Assembly (NCBI GenBank): GCA_051294375.1
Contig: CM119263.1
Span: forward strand, 13,085,923-13,149,922
Reading direction: 5' to 3'
DNA length: 64,000 nucleotides
From: Paraspadella gotoi
Lineage: Eukaryota; Animalia; Chaetognatha
The number at the start of each line of letters is the position of its first letter. Within the stretch, counting starts at the first letter, position 1. The notes beneath the pieces are model-generated. The model was not told the DNA's origin, did not search any database, and saw nothing but the letters and a program-made list of their open reading frames with translations. Positions 1 to 16,200 of the stretch are shown here, one piece after another. Both the position numbers and the translations under genes were made by a program.

Positions 1-195
1 CCTAAAACTATAAGGAATAAAAGACGGAATTTCAATACAGTGCATGTCATAAATACACGGGCTAAGAAAGATTTTAGTCATGTCATATCTTGTTATGTCA
101 TGTCATGGTATATCATATCATGTGATCATAGGAAAATACACGTGAAAATAAAGTCACTGCGGCGCAACGATATTGGATGAAAACTGATCTTGTTG
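1..195 (+). repeat. Dispersed repeat; inverted copy at 52020-52185
   Basis: taaaactataaggaataaaagacggaatt...cacgtgaaaataaagt...attggatga matches the reverse complement of 52020-52185. Confidence 0.6.
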
Positions 196-697
196 GGTCA
201 ATTTCTTTCTTTCTTTATATATTCTCTTAGTTCTTATCTTTCTTTCTTTCTTTCTTTCTTTTCTTTTCTTTTCTTTCTTTCTTTATTTATTTCTATCCTT
301 CTATCTTTTTTTCTTCTTTCTTTTTTTTTTCTTTTTTTACGTTTTCTCTCTGTCTCTCTCTCTCTCTCGCTCTCTCTCTCTTTCTCTCTTTCTTTCTCAT
401 CTCTCCAGTCACGTTTTTGAGAAAAACAATCCAACTACTCAAATACTCATTCTTTCCTTATGTTATGAAAATATAAATATGATTGAAAGTATTGGTATTG
501 GTATAGGAGTGTGACGCTTCGGTTTTCGAGTATAAAGAAAATATCTTGCCGTTTATTATCCTCATAGTCGCAGTATAACCTGTTCAACCGTAATCCTTTT
601 TTCATTTTCTATGAAGGGCACGATTGCCCGTTGTTGCCGACTACCAGAAAACGAAGTTGCGTAAGCCTCCTTTTCACCTTTTTTTTCGCTAGTTTTT

Positions 698-782
698 AAT
701 TTTCATGAAATTGGTACAACCCATATAAAAAGTATCCATTCATTCAATAAGCTATTTTGTCCATGACTTTGGACAGGCTTTA
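698..782 (+). repeat. Dispersed repeat fragment; inverted copy at 18024-18112
   Basis: aattttcatgaaattggtacaacc...taagctattttgtccatgactttggacaggcttt versus its reverse complement at 18.0 kb. Confidence 0.55.
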
Positions 783-2726
783 TTTAGTATAAATAAATTT
801 GGGTTATAACTGTGAATGTCATTTTCCTTTTAGGTAATCATCAATATTATGACCATGCATCATTAACCGTTCCATTAACTTCTCCAAAAAGTTTAAGAAA
901 TTGAATCGTTAACAATGAATTTTCTCTTATCATTACTTTGCTTAGTGTTTTGGTTATTCGTTTAAACTTAATATGCCAGTAATTTTCTACTATTTTTCTT
1001 CAACCTTCCGATTTGACTCACTCCACTCCTATCCATCTCCACAGTAACTTGGAAATCGTCGCAAACTTTCCGACGCGACGACGGGACGACTGCGGAGCGC
1101 GGTTCGGCCGCTGCTACGCGGCGACGAAGCCGCCGCTCCTGTCGCAGTCCCGCGTCCGTCCGGTCGTCCCGTCAAACCCCTCCTCCTCTTCCCCTTGTCT
1201 TTCGGATGAGTGCCGCGCATCCTCTTCTTTCCTTAATTCTCCTTTTAGGTTCTTTCCTTTTTTCTCCTCGCCCCTTTTTACTTTTTTTAATATTCCCCCT
1301 CCTCTGCCCCATTCGATTTTCTCCAGATTTCCTTTCTCTCTCACGATCTCTCGTTTCTCCCTTTTTCTCATGACGTTTCTCCAGATTTAACTTGACTTCA
1401 ACTCTCTCCCATTTTGGGAGTAGATTCTTCGCAATGCAATATTTTCCCCTGGTATCGATCACTTTCCCCTCCACGATCCATTTTTCACAACACCGCTTTT
1501 TTTTTCTCCAATCTTTAAAAGGATACCGCCTCCATACTCGAGCTTCCAAACGCTTTCGCTTGCTCGATCAAGCTCGATCAAGCACCGAGTAAGACGAGCG
1601 ATAAATCATTTTTGCTCGCCGCTTAATTTCATCGTCAACTCATTTTTACGATTTGATTTTTAAAAATCTCACTCCTTTCGTGCGACTCTGCGTGACTTTG
1701 TACGACTTCGTGACTTGCGTACACAAACTACCAAAGACCACGTGAACTCAGCCCCAATTTATCGAAAGAAAGTCTTTTTTTTTTAATTTTCGCCGCCAAC
1801 GAAAAAAAAACAAACCAGAACGAGGAATGATTTACTCTATTTCAAAACGTAACGATGTTTGTAAATGTGCAGATGCCGATAAATACAGAAGCTCTAAATT
1901 TGGGGTGGCGGTTTGTTTTTTCCTTTTTTTTTCAGATCGGAAGATTAAAAACAGATCTTGCTTCTGGTTATTTTTTTTAGAAACTCATAATTCTTTAATG
2001 TAAAAAATACCGTCTTGAAGCAAGGCGCGAACGTGATTCACTTCTGACAAAGGAAAAAACGAACAATTTCATAATAAAAAGGAAAAAAACAACATAAATT
2101 ATGACCTTAAATGAACTTAAACATTATTACATGCCGTAGTACGAGTAATTAATAACAATCTTCCAGTGTTGAAAATGAACTATTTTTAATTAAACTGTTT
2201 TTACAAAAAAAAAAGAATTCCTATGGGAACATTTTAATTTATCTCCAAAAAAACTTGATGAAATGATAAAATTCGGTTACAAATAAAATCATATTTTCGA
2301 CGTCGCAAGAGTGTTTTCATTTTGTCATCGACGCGAGAAATGAAGAGTAGGCTCAACCCGCTTGCCCCTCTGAAAGACTATGCAATCTGACAATCAAATT
2401 TGATTGCATCGTCCTAAGAGAAGTAACCGCGCCAAACATAAGTTTTTTTTGGTGTTTTTTTTTTCTGGGTCGCGAGTGAATTTGTTAGCTCATTCGAGTG
2501 ATTTCTAATTCTAAATTACTTCGTTTTAAAGGTGATTCGTTCTAGGAAGTAATTGAAGGTACGCAACAGGTGCAAGAGGAGTTGGCAGCAGGTGCAACAG
2601 GCGGTTGCTGGATGAGAAACAAGTGACGAGCGCGAGAGTAAAGGCTGCGACCACCACAGACGAAGAAGCTCGAAAAGAATTCGCGTCTTTTTATGATGGA
2701 GATCGCGGCTTTCGCTCCTGCGCCCG

Positions 2727-5379
<2,653 letters not shown>

Positions 5380-5605
5380 TTCTTTCCTCCTTCTGGTCTA
5401 AAGTTATCACTTTACGGAAAGGTGACCCTTTCTTTCGGCTAACGTCATCAGCGACAAAGAGACTTTCATCTTAAGCTTACGCGAAATCGGAAACCGCGCC
5501 AAATTTTTTGATTCATCTAAAATCGACCTTTCTCTACTTCTCCGCCAAGCTCGCTCACCCGCCGTTTGACAGCCCTTACAGCCAACCATTTCCGGAGCAG
5601 ACCGT

Positions 5606-8600
5606 ATGAGCCATTCCTGCGAAGACTGTCGTTTCATGCGCATGCGCGATCATCCCATTTTCTTCAACGGCGTGGATTTCAGATTTGTGCCGACCATGTT
5701 CGTCGACGGGAAGGAAGCGCCGGAGGAGGCGAGCCAGGCGACGACGGGTCCCTGCGGCGACGCCGGCACTGGTGAGTCTCTTCGTTTCGATCCGAAACGA
5801 AGCCCGACACGGTTAATGAAGGGGGGGCCTTTTAACGTCACCACGTTGACTAAAATTAAAAAGTGAAATTCTTTGTCCCTCTTTGACTTTGTCAAACGAT
5901 TGACATGCGATAATGAAAAGAAGTTTTTAAATGAAGTGATTCGAAGACAATAGGCGACGACGACGACGACGACCAACAGCGTGCAAATCTCAGACAATTT
6001 TTAAATTTTTTATGTACAGATTTTTCAAAATTTTAATCTAATATTAATATTAATTATTGCTAATGATACGCTTGGTGCAAAAGTATACTTGACACAAGTT
6101 TACCGCTTAACTTTTCTCAGATCTCTTTCGCCTGGTTATCCCTCTGACGGTGACGATGGGCGGCATCCTCGTCTTTCTCGCTGCAGTCCTCGTTTATCAA
6201 CTCGTTCGAATCAGGCGGTTGCAGACGAAACTGAGATCTTCGAGATCCGACATCAGCCTGACCTATCTATCCGGTAAGTTCACGCGGACTGTATTCAATT
6301 GTTACACTTTTTGTATTCGATAAGAAAAACCAAGTAGAAATAATCGAGTTAGATAGTATTGACAATTTAATACTGAGAACGGGGTTTAAATCACGAGCTC
6401 ATTGATTTTAAAACGAGAAGGCGAAAAAAAAAGCAACAACGAAAAAACAACTTGAACAAAAAATTCAACTGACGGTTTTTCATTATTCTTTTCTTTCTTA
6501 TTTGTCATATTTCTATTTTTAAAATCTTAATTTTTTTCTCTTCTTTCTCCTCCTGTCTCGTTTTTGCTTGGTTCGCCTTTTCATCGTCCATCCAGGTTGA
6601 CATTTGCATTTTCCCTCATTTCGTCGACTCGCGAGCGAAAAAGCCCGCGCGCGCTTGTTTGCCGTTTCTCTATTTAAATTCCCTAAAAACGATCTTCCTC
6701 CTTTGAAAAGTTATCCCTCGCAAACACCGAAACCCCCTTGGGCAACAGTTAACCGCATCCATATCATCTTCCCACCACGAAAAGCTCTCCCCATCGGGAG
6801 TCCCCAACCCAAAAAAAAAGAGAGATTATTTGTTGAAAAGAAAATTTTGAAAAGGGTAAATAGTCGCGACTCGTGATCTCCCATTTCATCGCAATCATAA
6901 TCGAGCGCGACATGAGTCATCCCTATCGGTCCTTGATTCCGGAATTGACAACTCCAAGAAAAACAACATTAACGGCAATAGTTTTTTTAGTTAAATATTT
7001 ACTACTTAAATTTTTTCGATTCCCAAGATAGTTTTCATGCAATATTTTATTTTACTATATCATCAAACGTTTCGAAGGAACAAAAACATTTTTTTTTTAT
7101 CCGTAGGTCGCCCTATTCTCCCATCCAGAGAACAAGCCGAACCACCCAGCGACGGGATAACGAACTATTTTGTTGACCCAAACTTTCCTGATGGACAAGT
7201 GACCAACGCTTCTTCGAGTCCTGGCCCTCGGGCTCAAGTCGGAAACAGAAGAGTGAACTCGATGATGCTTCCTCCGTCTTACACAATGACTTCTGCGGCG
7301 ACCAGGGAAATCCTCCTCAGAGCAGCTTGTGCGTTCATAATCATACTCTACTTTGTTTCAGAAATATTATTTAATTTAGTTATTATTATTATTATGAATA
7401 AACATATAAAGCAACAAAATTCAAAATCTGTTGATTCTTTGAAATCTTTTCTTTTTCAATCTTCGTTATAGAAGGAAGAAACTTGATAAAACTTGATAAA
7501 ACTTTTTTATTAATTTCGACAACCATAACATTATAACATCGTACATAACATATTTATAAAAGTTTAACGATTATTTATAACAAATCTGTATACTCCAAAT
7601 ATTATCAAATTTACGATAACGTTCCTCTAAAAAATTTTATAATTATATATGTAATTACCAAAAAAAAAAATCATAACGTTGGAATAATTCGTCCTATCGT
7701 AGGCGACTTCTATCCCCCGCCACCGTACTCTGAAGTCGTGACTCCATCCTCAACTCCAGTGCCACCTCCTTCCTCAAACGGCACCGTCGACGCCTCCGGA
7801 GAAATCCTCTACATCAACAGCCCAACGCCGGAATCCTCCACCAATGGTGAAGCGGTTCACGCGCCCGCGAGGTGAGCATTTGATAGGATGATGTTTTGCT
7901 CAAGTATACCAAGATATCGAGAAAAAAAAAACCCGGAAATTTTATAAAAATCACCAGTCCCTTATATATATGTTAACAAAGGAAAATATATATATATAAA
8001 CGAATTTATTTATGGACCTTTATTTTTTTTTATTATCTTAAAGTTAAAGCATTTCACCTTGGGAAAAGGATATAGTAAAAAAAAATATGTTAGTAAAATA
8101 ATAAAAGAATTACCTTTTGAAATTTTTTTAAAAAAAATTATCATAAAACATTGTGAAAACAGAAGACTTTATCGCTCTAGAAAGTAGTCGGTTATTGCCT
8201 GAACAATTTGGTGCTAATAGCTCTACTTTCTGAAAAATAAAAAAGGAAAAAGTAGCTTTGAATCTGTAGAGACATTTTAGGCAGTCTCTTTTGATCCCTG
8301 CCTAATTGATAAAAAAACAAAAAAACAAAAACAAATATATTATGTTAACCCGTTTAACCTAAACTTTAAGAGATATTATTAATTGATTATTATTAAAAAT
8401 TTCAGCCCGATCTCTTCAACGACTCCCGCCTCGAACTCGGGCGCTGCATCAACCGTTCTCTCAGTCTCCACTCATTCTGTCGACCCCTCCAACTCGTCCT
8501 CGTGCTCCGCATCTCCGTCCGGCGCCGTTCCCACAATTTCCGCCTCCATCTCGGCTCAAAGCGGCGCTCCTGGTGCCATCGCCGTGACGCTAGACTCGTG

Positions 8601-9001
8601 GCGTTATTTCGTTGACGGTTCACCCGTTGCTCCTCTTCAACTTCCGGTGGCAGCGAACCCAGACGTCGTGCCTGCAATGGAAACCGAGTGAGTTGTACCG
8701 TAATTTGTTTGTTGAATAAATGATAGATTGATTGAGTGATTGAATTATTGATTGACCTATTTATTAACAATCTATTTTATTTTTTAATTTATTAATCTAT
8801 TAATTTTTTCTTAGCTCTCGATCTCGACGCCTTCCTTCTTCATCAACCGAAGCCGATTTTGACGTCGCCTCAGATTTGGAGTACGACGTCCGATACGAAG
8901 TCATCTCCGATTCGAACCCTCCGCCGCCCCATTATCCCGTCGACTCCGAGCAGAGGCGCACCGAGAATTCCAGAATCAATCTCTTCGTTACTTACGTTTG
9001 A
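5606..9001 (+). CDS. Single-pass transmembrane protein (392 aa) with three PPxY motifs and a C-terminal PDZ-binding motif; putative Nedd4/WW-domain adaptor
   Basis: Exons 5606-5771, 6121-6273, 7107-7328, 7703-7871, 8406-8687, 8815-9001; all introns GT-AG with consistent phases (1179 nt open). Exon 2 encodes TM helix LVIPLTVTMGGILVFLAAVLVYQLV followed by RIRR. Cytoplasmic LPPSY, PPPPY, PPPHY; ends FVTYV*. Confidence 0.8.
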
Positions 9002-10600
9002 AAAGTCGACCATTGTAAAGAGATAATCACATTTATACGCATAAATTACATAAACTCTTTGTTGTTGAAATTTTTTAATGTTACGAATGCTTCACTTTTT
9101 TTTCATTATTAGCTAATATTCATTCTACAGTCTTTTATGTTTGGTTTTTATTTGTCGTTTGTAAACCAAGTCTATGCCATACCGTGCCATCTAAGGGTAT
9201 TTCGCTGAATGGTACCGATGGGATTATGATTTACTTGATTTATTTGGATTAAACCTCATTGAAAAAATTTTAGGATCGAGTAAATGAATTATGTCCCTTA
9301 GAACCCAAACGAATTGCCCGCTATTTAATAGGTTAGTATTCACAAGTAGCATAGCCTAACTTATTGATAGGATTTTAATGGTATTACGTTATGATTAAGT
9401 ATCCAGTGTTTCACAAGTTGCTTCACTTTGTCCACTGATCTCTTTTTTATTTTCCTTTTTTGTTCACATTTATTGTTAACATAAGATCTTCTTGCAACCA
9501 TTCTCGCAATTATTTGTTTGCTCTGTTTTTTTTAGAAAAAAAAAAGAGCTTATTTAAGATAATAAATAACCCAAATTTAAACATAATACAGAATTTTAAA
9601 ATAAATTTTTGCTCACTCAGCTTCTAAAATTAAGTCTGTAACTTACGTATGAAACACTTGGTACATGTACAATATAATATAATTATATAAATAATTGTTT
9701 ATATCAATTTTTGTTGTTGATCACGATGACTTTCGTTATCAAAACATTATACAGCATCAAACCAAAGATTTCTTGTCGCACAATTTGCTTCTTTTTTCAG
9801 TTGCAAAGTTGGCATCATACCGATTATAGTATTTCGAAATACAAAGTTGTTAAATTGTATTTATTCCATAGAGAAATCGTACATGACTCATTTGTAAATA
9901 AATATTACTATTTTTGTGATTATTGGATAATAAAGTAACTGTAATAGTTTTGTTTTTGATACGATTTAACTTTCTATTGAAAGGTCTGGCTCGTTATGGC
10001 CACTATGGCAAAAAATGTTCTTCAGAAATGTATATTTACTTAAAACCAAGTTTTCATAAAAAATTTTAAATAAAAGAATTCTCATAACTTCCAGTTCCAT
10101 CTCCCCAGTCCTCATGCAATGGGTAAGGATTTTTAAGTCGCATAAATATACTTAAAATGTCACTAAACTTTATTTGTATTGCACAAACCTAATATATAAC
10201 CTAATATTAAAGCCAACTTGATTAAAAATAGTTCTCATATAACACTTCTTTTAACGTTAAGTCCGGTCCAAAAAGTATAATCAATAATTTTTCAAGAAGT
10301 GCATTTAATCAGAAAAATTAACATGAGTTTATCGACTGGGCAAACTTTCACTCAGCATCTCCCATCAGGCACACAACACTTCTTTGAACCCATGCAACGA
10401 GGCAGCTCTGCCGCGACTGTAGCCACCATGGGCTGACGCGGCTGACGCTGATACGTATTCACGTATCGCATCACAATGTGGTTTCCATGACAACGCAGCA
10501 GCTTGCTCTTTCATGAGCCGTTGAAGTCATGGCAGAAAGTGTCAGCCACAATTTTTAAAAACAATTACGGAAGCTAATTTTTTGTCTGTTATCCAAAAAG

Positions 10601-11433
10601 ATGGCCCTCTGGATAATTCCTTTTTTGGAAGAAATCGATGGAGGGGACGATGAGTCCAAAGAAATGGCCCTAGAACTCGAAAAATCAAATGTTTTTACTA
10701 GGTAAGTTCGTAATATTGTCGAAGATTAATTCTTCATATATTAAAGGATAGTAGTATCAGGTCACTTGTTAAAATAAAAAAGCATTTTTCCTCAAATGAA
10801 CAATAGTATCAACAAATTTAGAAAATAAACTCGTATCAATGATCTAAATTGGAACCCTCGAATTACCTCTACGACGAATCTTTTGTTCGAGAACAAATGG
10901 GGGTAAAAAGGAAAGGCAACGTGAAGAACTTCCCAAAGCATCCACCAGGGTCGAGCAATTCTGTGAAGTGATTCGTTGAAAGAGCGTAGTTTCAGGCACG
11001 CCTTACTTTGTTTATACCAACGAAGCTGGATGGCAACGGGATTCGACGCTTTTTCTTTCTTAGTTTTTAGACAAAATTAAAGACTTCTGTATATTTAAAG
11101 TTATTTTTTTTTAGTTTAACAAGAATTCAAAATGCGCACGAATTTTAAATTGAATCCGTAATCCCTTACTCTCTCAGGCAGTTTATAGGCGACGCCGCTG
11201 CTTGGTCCTTCGTCAAATCGGTTTTCGGCACCGTCTCTATTTGTTTTGCCGACGCCGCAGAAGTCGCCGTTCGGACTATGGACGAGACCGTAGACGCGGT
11301 GTTGCCGTCCGCTGATGCTCTAGTCACTTTTACCGATTCCATCCTCCCAGCCGATGAAAGGCAACGCCGCCTATGGCCAAAGAAAGAAAACCAATTTCGC
11401 GATTTTCTCTTGGAAGTACTAAACAACGAATAA
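10601..11433 (+). CDS. Small uncharacterised protein (118 aa), 2 exons
   Basis: Exon 10601-10701 (MALWIIPFLEEIDGGDDESKEMALELEKSNVFT, AG|gtaagt) splices in phase 2 to 11178-11433 (ctctcag|; RQFIGDAAAWSFVKSVFG...FRDFLLEVLNNE*). AATAAA overlaps the stop. No family recognised. Confidence 0.65.
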
Positions 11434-11853
11434 AACTACTAATTAAGCTCGTTCTGCTCAAAAGAAGCTCATAATTGTAATTTTTACCAACGTATTTGTC
11501 GAATCTTTGCTTCTACTCATGTAATCGGGAGACTTCGACCGAATTTAAATGCCCAAATCATGCAGAAAAAGTTAAAAATTAAAAATTAAAAATATTACCA
11601 GATCTGTATATTTCGAAGTGACTAATAAAGCATTTAACGAATTCTCGCATCCCCGATAGTACAAGTGAAGAATTTGACAATTCAAGATTGTGATCTGTCC
11701 GAACATTATCGACCATATCAATTATATAAATTAATTTTGACTAAATCTATTAGTTACCTTCTCCACCGCACTTCATAACTCCATTTTTTTAAAACTATTA
11801 CAGTTTAAAAGATATTTAAAAACTATGGATGGGTGAACCGGTGATTCGTTTCA

Positions 11854-13251
11854 ATGGAGATCGAGACAGGAATGATGGAAATAACCGTGGATATGACGGA
11901 GGAAAAGTACGTTTAAATTAATTATTAAAACATTAAATTGAGTATTTAGTATATGTTTTATACTCAAGATACTTATTTTACTCAGAGTCGACGCGGATGA
12001 GAAGGTCGGCATCGACTCGGTGAATCTCCTCGACTTCGTTGGCTACGAAATCGGAAACGGGAACCTCGTCTTTGAAGTTCCCGCCGCCGACTCTGCCGAA
12101 TTTCGACGAAGGCCGCGCTCTTCCGCCGAAGCTTCGCAATTCGTGAACGTGGCTACTCCTGTAGGAAACGTTGAAATTCCCAACTGTGGCTCGGAATCTT
12201 CTCGGTTCGTACAAATGTCGAACTACTCCCAGGCATTTACGCAGTTTCAACCGATAACAAACAATTTGGAATCATCATCATCGGCGCAGATCATAGAATC
12301 GTTCGGAGAAGCAGTTGACATGATTGACGGCGAATCGATTTCCGGTGAGATGATTGTGGTGTCTGCGTCGGACGAAATGGTGGTCGACTCCTCGTCATAT
12401 TCAGAGGTTGTTTCGGTTTCCATGAGCGATTCGAAGAGAAGCCCACCGACCGACAACAAACTCCAAATAGTTCCGCCAGTCTTCGACGTAGAACTCACCT
12501 CGCAACCTGCCATCCCTGGATCCGCGAGCGATTCGCCCTCTTCGAAACTTAAAACGTCGTCTTCGTTACCCTCTTTAGATCTTGTAAAATCGATTACGCA
12601 ATCGAAACCTTCCTTCATTCCCTCCACTAACGCTGCCCAGACGCTTGATCTCGTCATGAATTCTCCATCGTCATCCAACGTTAAGCTGCCGCTTTCTAAC
12701 GCGTCGAGGCCCTCGTCCACGATTATCGGAAAATCTTTAAAGGAATCGGGAGTGAAACCGGTGAGTCACCAAGACGATGAGGAGGGCGAGTCGACCACAG
12801 AAACCCTTGATACGATCTCCAATTCACGATTCGTCACAACTTACGCTGGCAAAACTGTCGTCTCTACGACTCTCGCAGCGTCCGATTCGGGAATATCTTT
12901 AGGTATTTACTACTTAGTTTCATAAGTTTTAAGTGAAATACTCTACAGAAGGCTTGATATTGAAAATTGACTTAATGACAATATATCATATATATTATAA
13001 TATATTATTGCGACTATAAAATGAGATGTCAAAATTTTAAACTGGTTTTTTCTTAGTTTTGAAAGCAGATTCGAATTCTTCAGAAAAAGTTTAAATATAA
13101 CTCTTTTTAAAAAAATATTTGGAGATTGACAAAGATTTGATTTTTGCAACGAACTTTAATTTAACATAGAAACGGACATGTTTCGGCTTTTGATACAAGC
13201 CTACATCGGCGTTTTTAACAGTTTGAAATAATAGTGAAACAAATGCATAAA

Positions 13252-13296
<45 letters not shown>

Positions 13297-16200
13297 CAAG
13301 TAAATAATACATTGTGAAATGTACAACAGAGATGTAAATTTGATAAACTGAAAAAAGTGATTTCTAACAATTAACTAATTAATAAATAAGTAATAAATAA
13401 GAAAGTTAAATTTGAAAGTTGAAAAATTACATTTAATGAGGGATAGCTAAGTAATAGAGAATGTGAAATTTTAAGAAATAAGAGCTGGCCCCCCTAAGTT
13501 ATGCAAATGAAGGGTAGGAACGATGGGGTCGGGTCAATAGCGCGTCACTGGTTGAGAGGGGAGTGCTACCGAGCCGGTGAATCCTGTGGAAAAATCCCTT
13601 GGGCTACTCTTATGTCTCTTATTACTCTTTTGATACGCTTGCCAACTGCCCTCTTCTTGCCTGTTGGCGGGGCGGGTTGTTGTCCGTTCTTGCCAGACAA
13701 AACATTTTAAGTAAGTTAAAATCCTAAAAAAAACTGATAAAATTAACCCTTTTCATAGGAATTGGAATTTGCTTTCAAAATTAAGAAAAAACTATTTTTA
13801 AATTTGACATTTTCTATATATAAACATTCATAAACTAACATGTTTTTACGAAAAATCCATTATCTTTCCAGGGTCTTCCATTGATTCGCTAGACGCGAAA
13901 CCGACTTCAGTGCCATCCGCTACATTAGTAGATTCAAATAGTGCGGCATCATCAAACGATTCATCCATTTTCACACATTCTGCTTGCCTCGTGCCGTCGA
14001 GCCATTCTGGGACTCGTTTAGCAACTCAGTCGGACTCTAAAATCTTATCTGACGACTCAGACGAAGAGCTTGACATCGCCATTATCCGGAAGATGGCGGC
14101 CGAAATGAGCAACGACGTGGACGAAGAGGAAGATGACGATGAAGAAGCAGATGATGCGAGAACGAATGCCTTACCTTCGTCTCCAGGGTGTCTGGTAGCT
14201 CCCTCTGGATTATCATCAATGTCCAGGCCCTTGTTTTCAAGGCCTCGCGCTTTCCAATTGACAAGATCCTTTAACGAGGGTATTCTGTCTTGCACCAGCC
14301 GGGTGACCGGAAACGACTCTCCCTTAGATTCAAAGTTTTTGCCGCGCTCTTCGACGGCCACGCGATCAACGGTGCCGCAAAAAAACTTATCCTCCTCCTG
14401 CTTTGCTCAGCTTCGTATGGATAAAGGACCTCCCGAGGATGAGGAGCTTACCTCGCTCAATTGGTTAACGGGTCCAAATGTTCTGGCTGGTCTCGGTAGC
14501 CCCATAAAAATGGTCGATGGTGAGGGAAAGATATCCGACAATAAGGATGCCGATAATGATCAGATGGAGGAGGGTACCGATACGGACAAGACAGCTCGAC
14601 CGTCCATTAAGCATCCCCCTGGTACCTTTCCCCATCCACCTCACATACCATACAACCCGGTCATACACGTCAACTCCAAGCCGCCTTACTCCTTTTCCAG
14701 TTTAATTTTTATGGCTGTGGAGTCTACAACGACCAAACGGCTTGCCGTCAAGGATATTTATGCCTGGATCTTGGAGCATTTCCCATTTTTCCGACATGCC
14801 CCCACCGGGTGGAAAAATTCTGTCCGCCATAATCTCTCCCTGAACAAGTGCTTCCGAAAGACCGACAAGGATGGCACTTCAGGAGGAAAAGGCTCTTATT
14901 GGTGCGTTGATCCGGCTCACCGGTCCGTGTTGCTTCGCGCCCTGGGCAAAGTGCCCTACTATTCTTTTAATCATTTGGCTTCTCTCAATTTACGCGGACC
15001 GCCACCACCGGTAGCTTACGGGGAAGTGTACCTTGAGCCACCCTGGGAACAACCTGAATACGAGGGAGTGAGAAATGACTTTTTGGAGGTCCCATCTCTG
15101 GGAGAAGTAAGCGAAGTCATCGAAGTTGATTCAGAAGAGGAAGAAAATGAATCGAATGAAAAGCTAGCCAATTATACTTCAGATAAAGCTGACTCCTTGA
15201 ATGAATCCATCCACGTCGAATGTAGTAAGGATTCCCTTGATCCTACAACGACCGACGACTCGATGGATAAACCTTCCGGTGACTGCAAACCAGTTGCCAA
15301 GGAAATTAAAAAGGAAGAGTTTGCGACAAATAAACCCAACAAACCCTCGCCCTATCTCTTCCCTTACCTCAGCAAGCGGCTCGAGGAAAAGGCTCTCGAG
15401 GAGTCGATGGAGGGACTCGAGGATTCTGAAATTGATGCTGCCAAAGTCTTGACGATGTTTAGGGCGTCGTCAACGGCTCCCGTGTTTCCTTTTGGTACCG
15501 ACGCCCAAATTCCTGGTAAGAAGCGGCGAGGAAGAAAGCCTAAAAGTTTCGTCTCGACGCCGCAAGAGAAACCGCCAAAAAGAAAATGGACCCGTCGAAA
15601 AAAGACGCCTGTTCCTATCAAGCATCCGTCGGAAGACCATTGCTACAGCGCGACAACGGTATTACCGGAAGATCTTCAATCTCGCGCGGAAGTGTCTCGG
15701 AGTAACGAAACAATCGAGAACGATGTTAAAAATGCCAAGGACGTTAACGCCAATTCGAAAGGGCATCGGGCTTTATCCCCTCTCCCAACATCGTCAGATT
15801 CGCTTCCGCCGCTTTTGGCCCAAGCGTTGTGCCTCGCCGCGAAGCCATCGTCACCGCCCGCACCTACGTCGCTGCCAGTCCCCTCCTTTCTGAAAGAGGT
15901 TAGCGGCGTTGTAAGACGGAAACGCGGGAGAAAACCCAAGAAACGCCTCGACCCTGACGTCACGACGCCGCCGAGGTCGCACGAAGACTCCCCAAAAAAG
16001 ACAACTCCAGAACGCCGTAAATCCCGAGATATAGCGACTTCAAAGACTTTAATGGATGGAGTCGGCAGTGCTGGCGTCGACCTGAAAGATCCGATCTCTG
16101 TCAAAACTTTGCCAACTGTCAGATTAAACTTTCCCCATCGACACAACACAAGATATAACACCACCATGATGAATTCTCGGCCTCCGACAGCTCAGTCATT

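Noticed and set aside
613-1220. Exon-like segments (+ GTIARCCRLPENEV|gtaag; - MDRSG|gtgagt)
   Set aside because: Could not be linked into a supported gene model within the window.
12247-16167. Long antisense ORFs over FoxN exons (and over pol and the RING gene)
   Set aside because: Shadow ORFs of the sense coding sequence.
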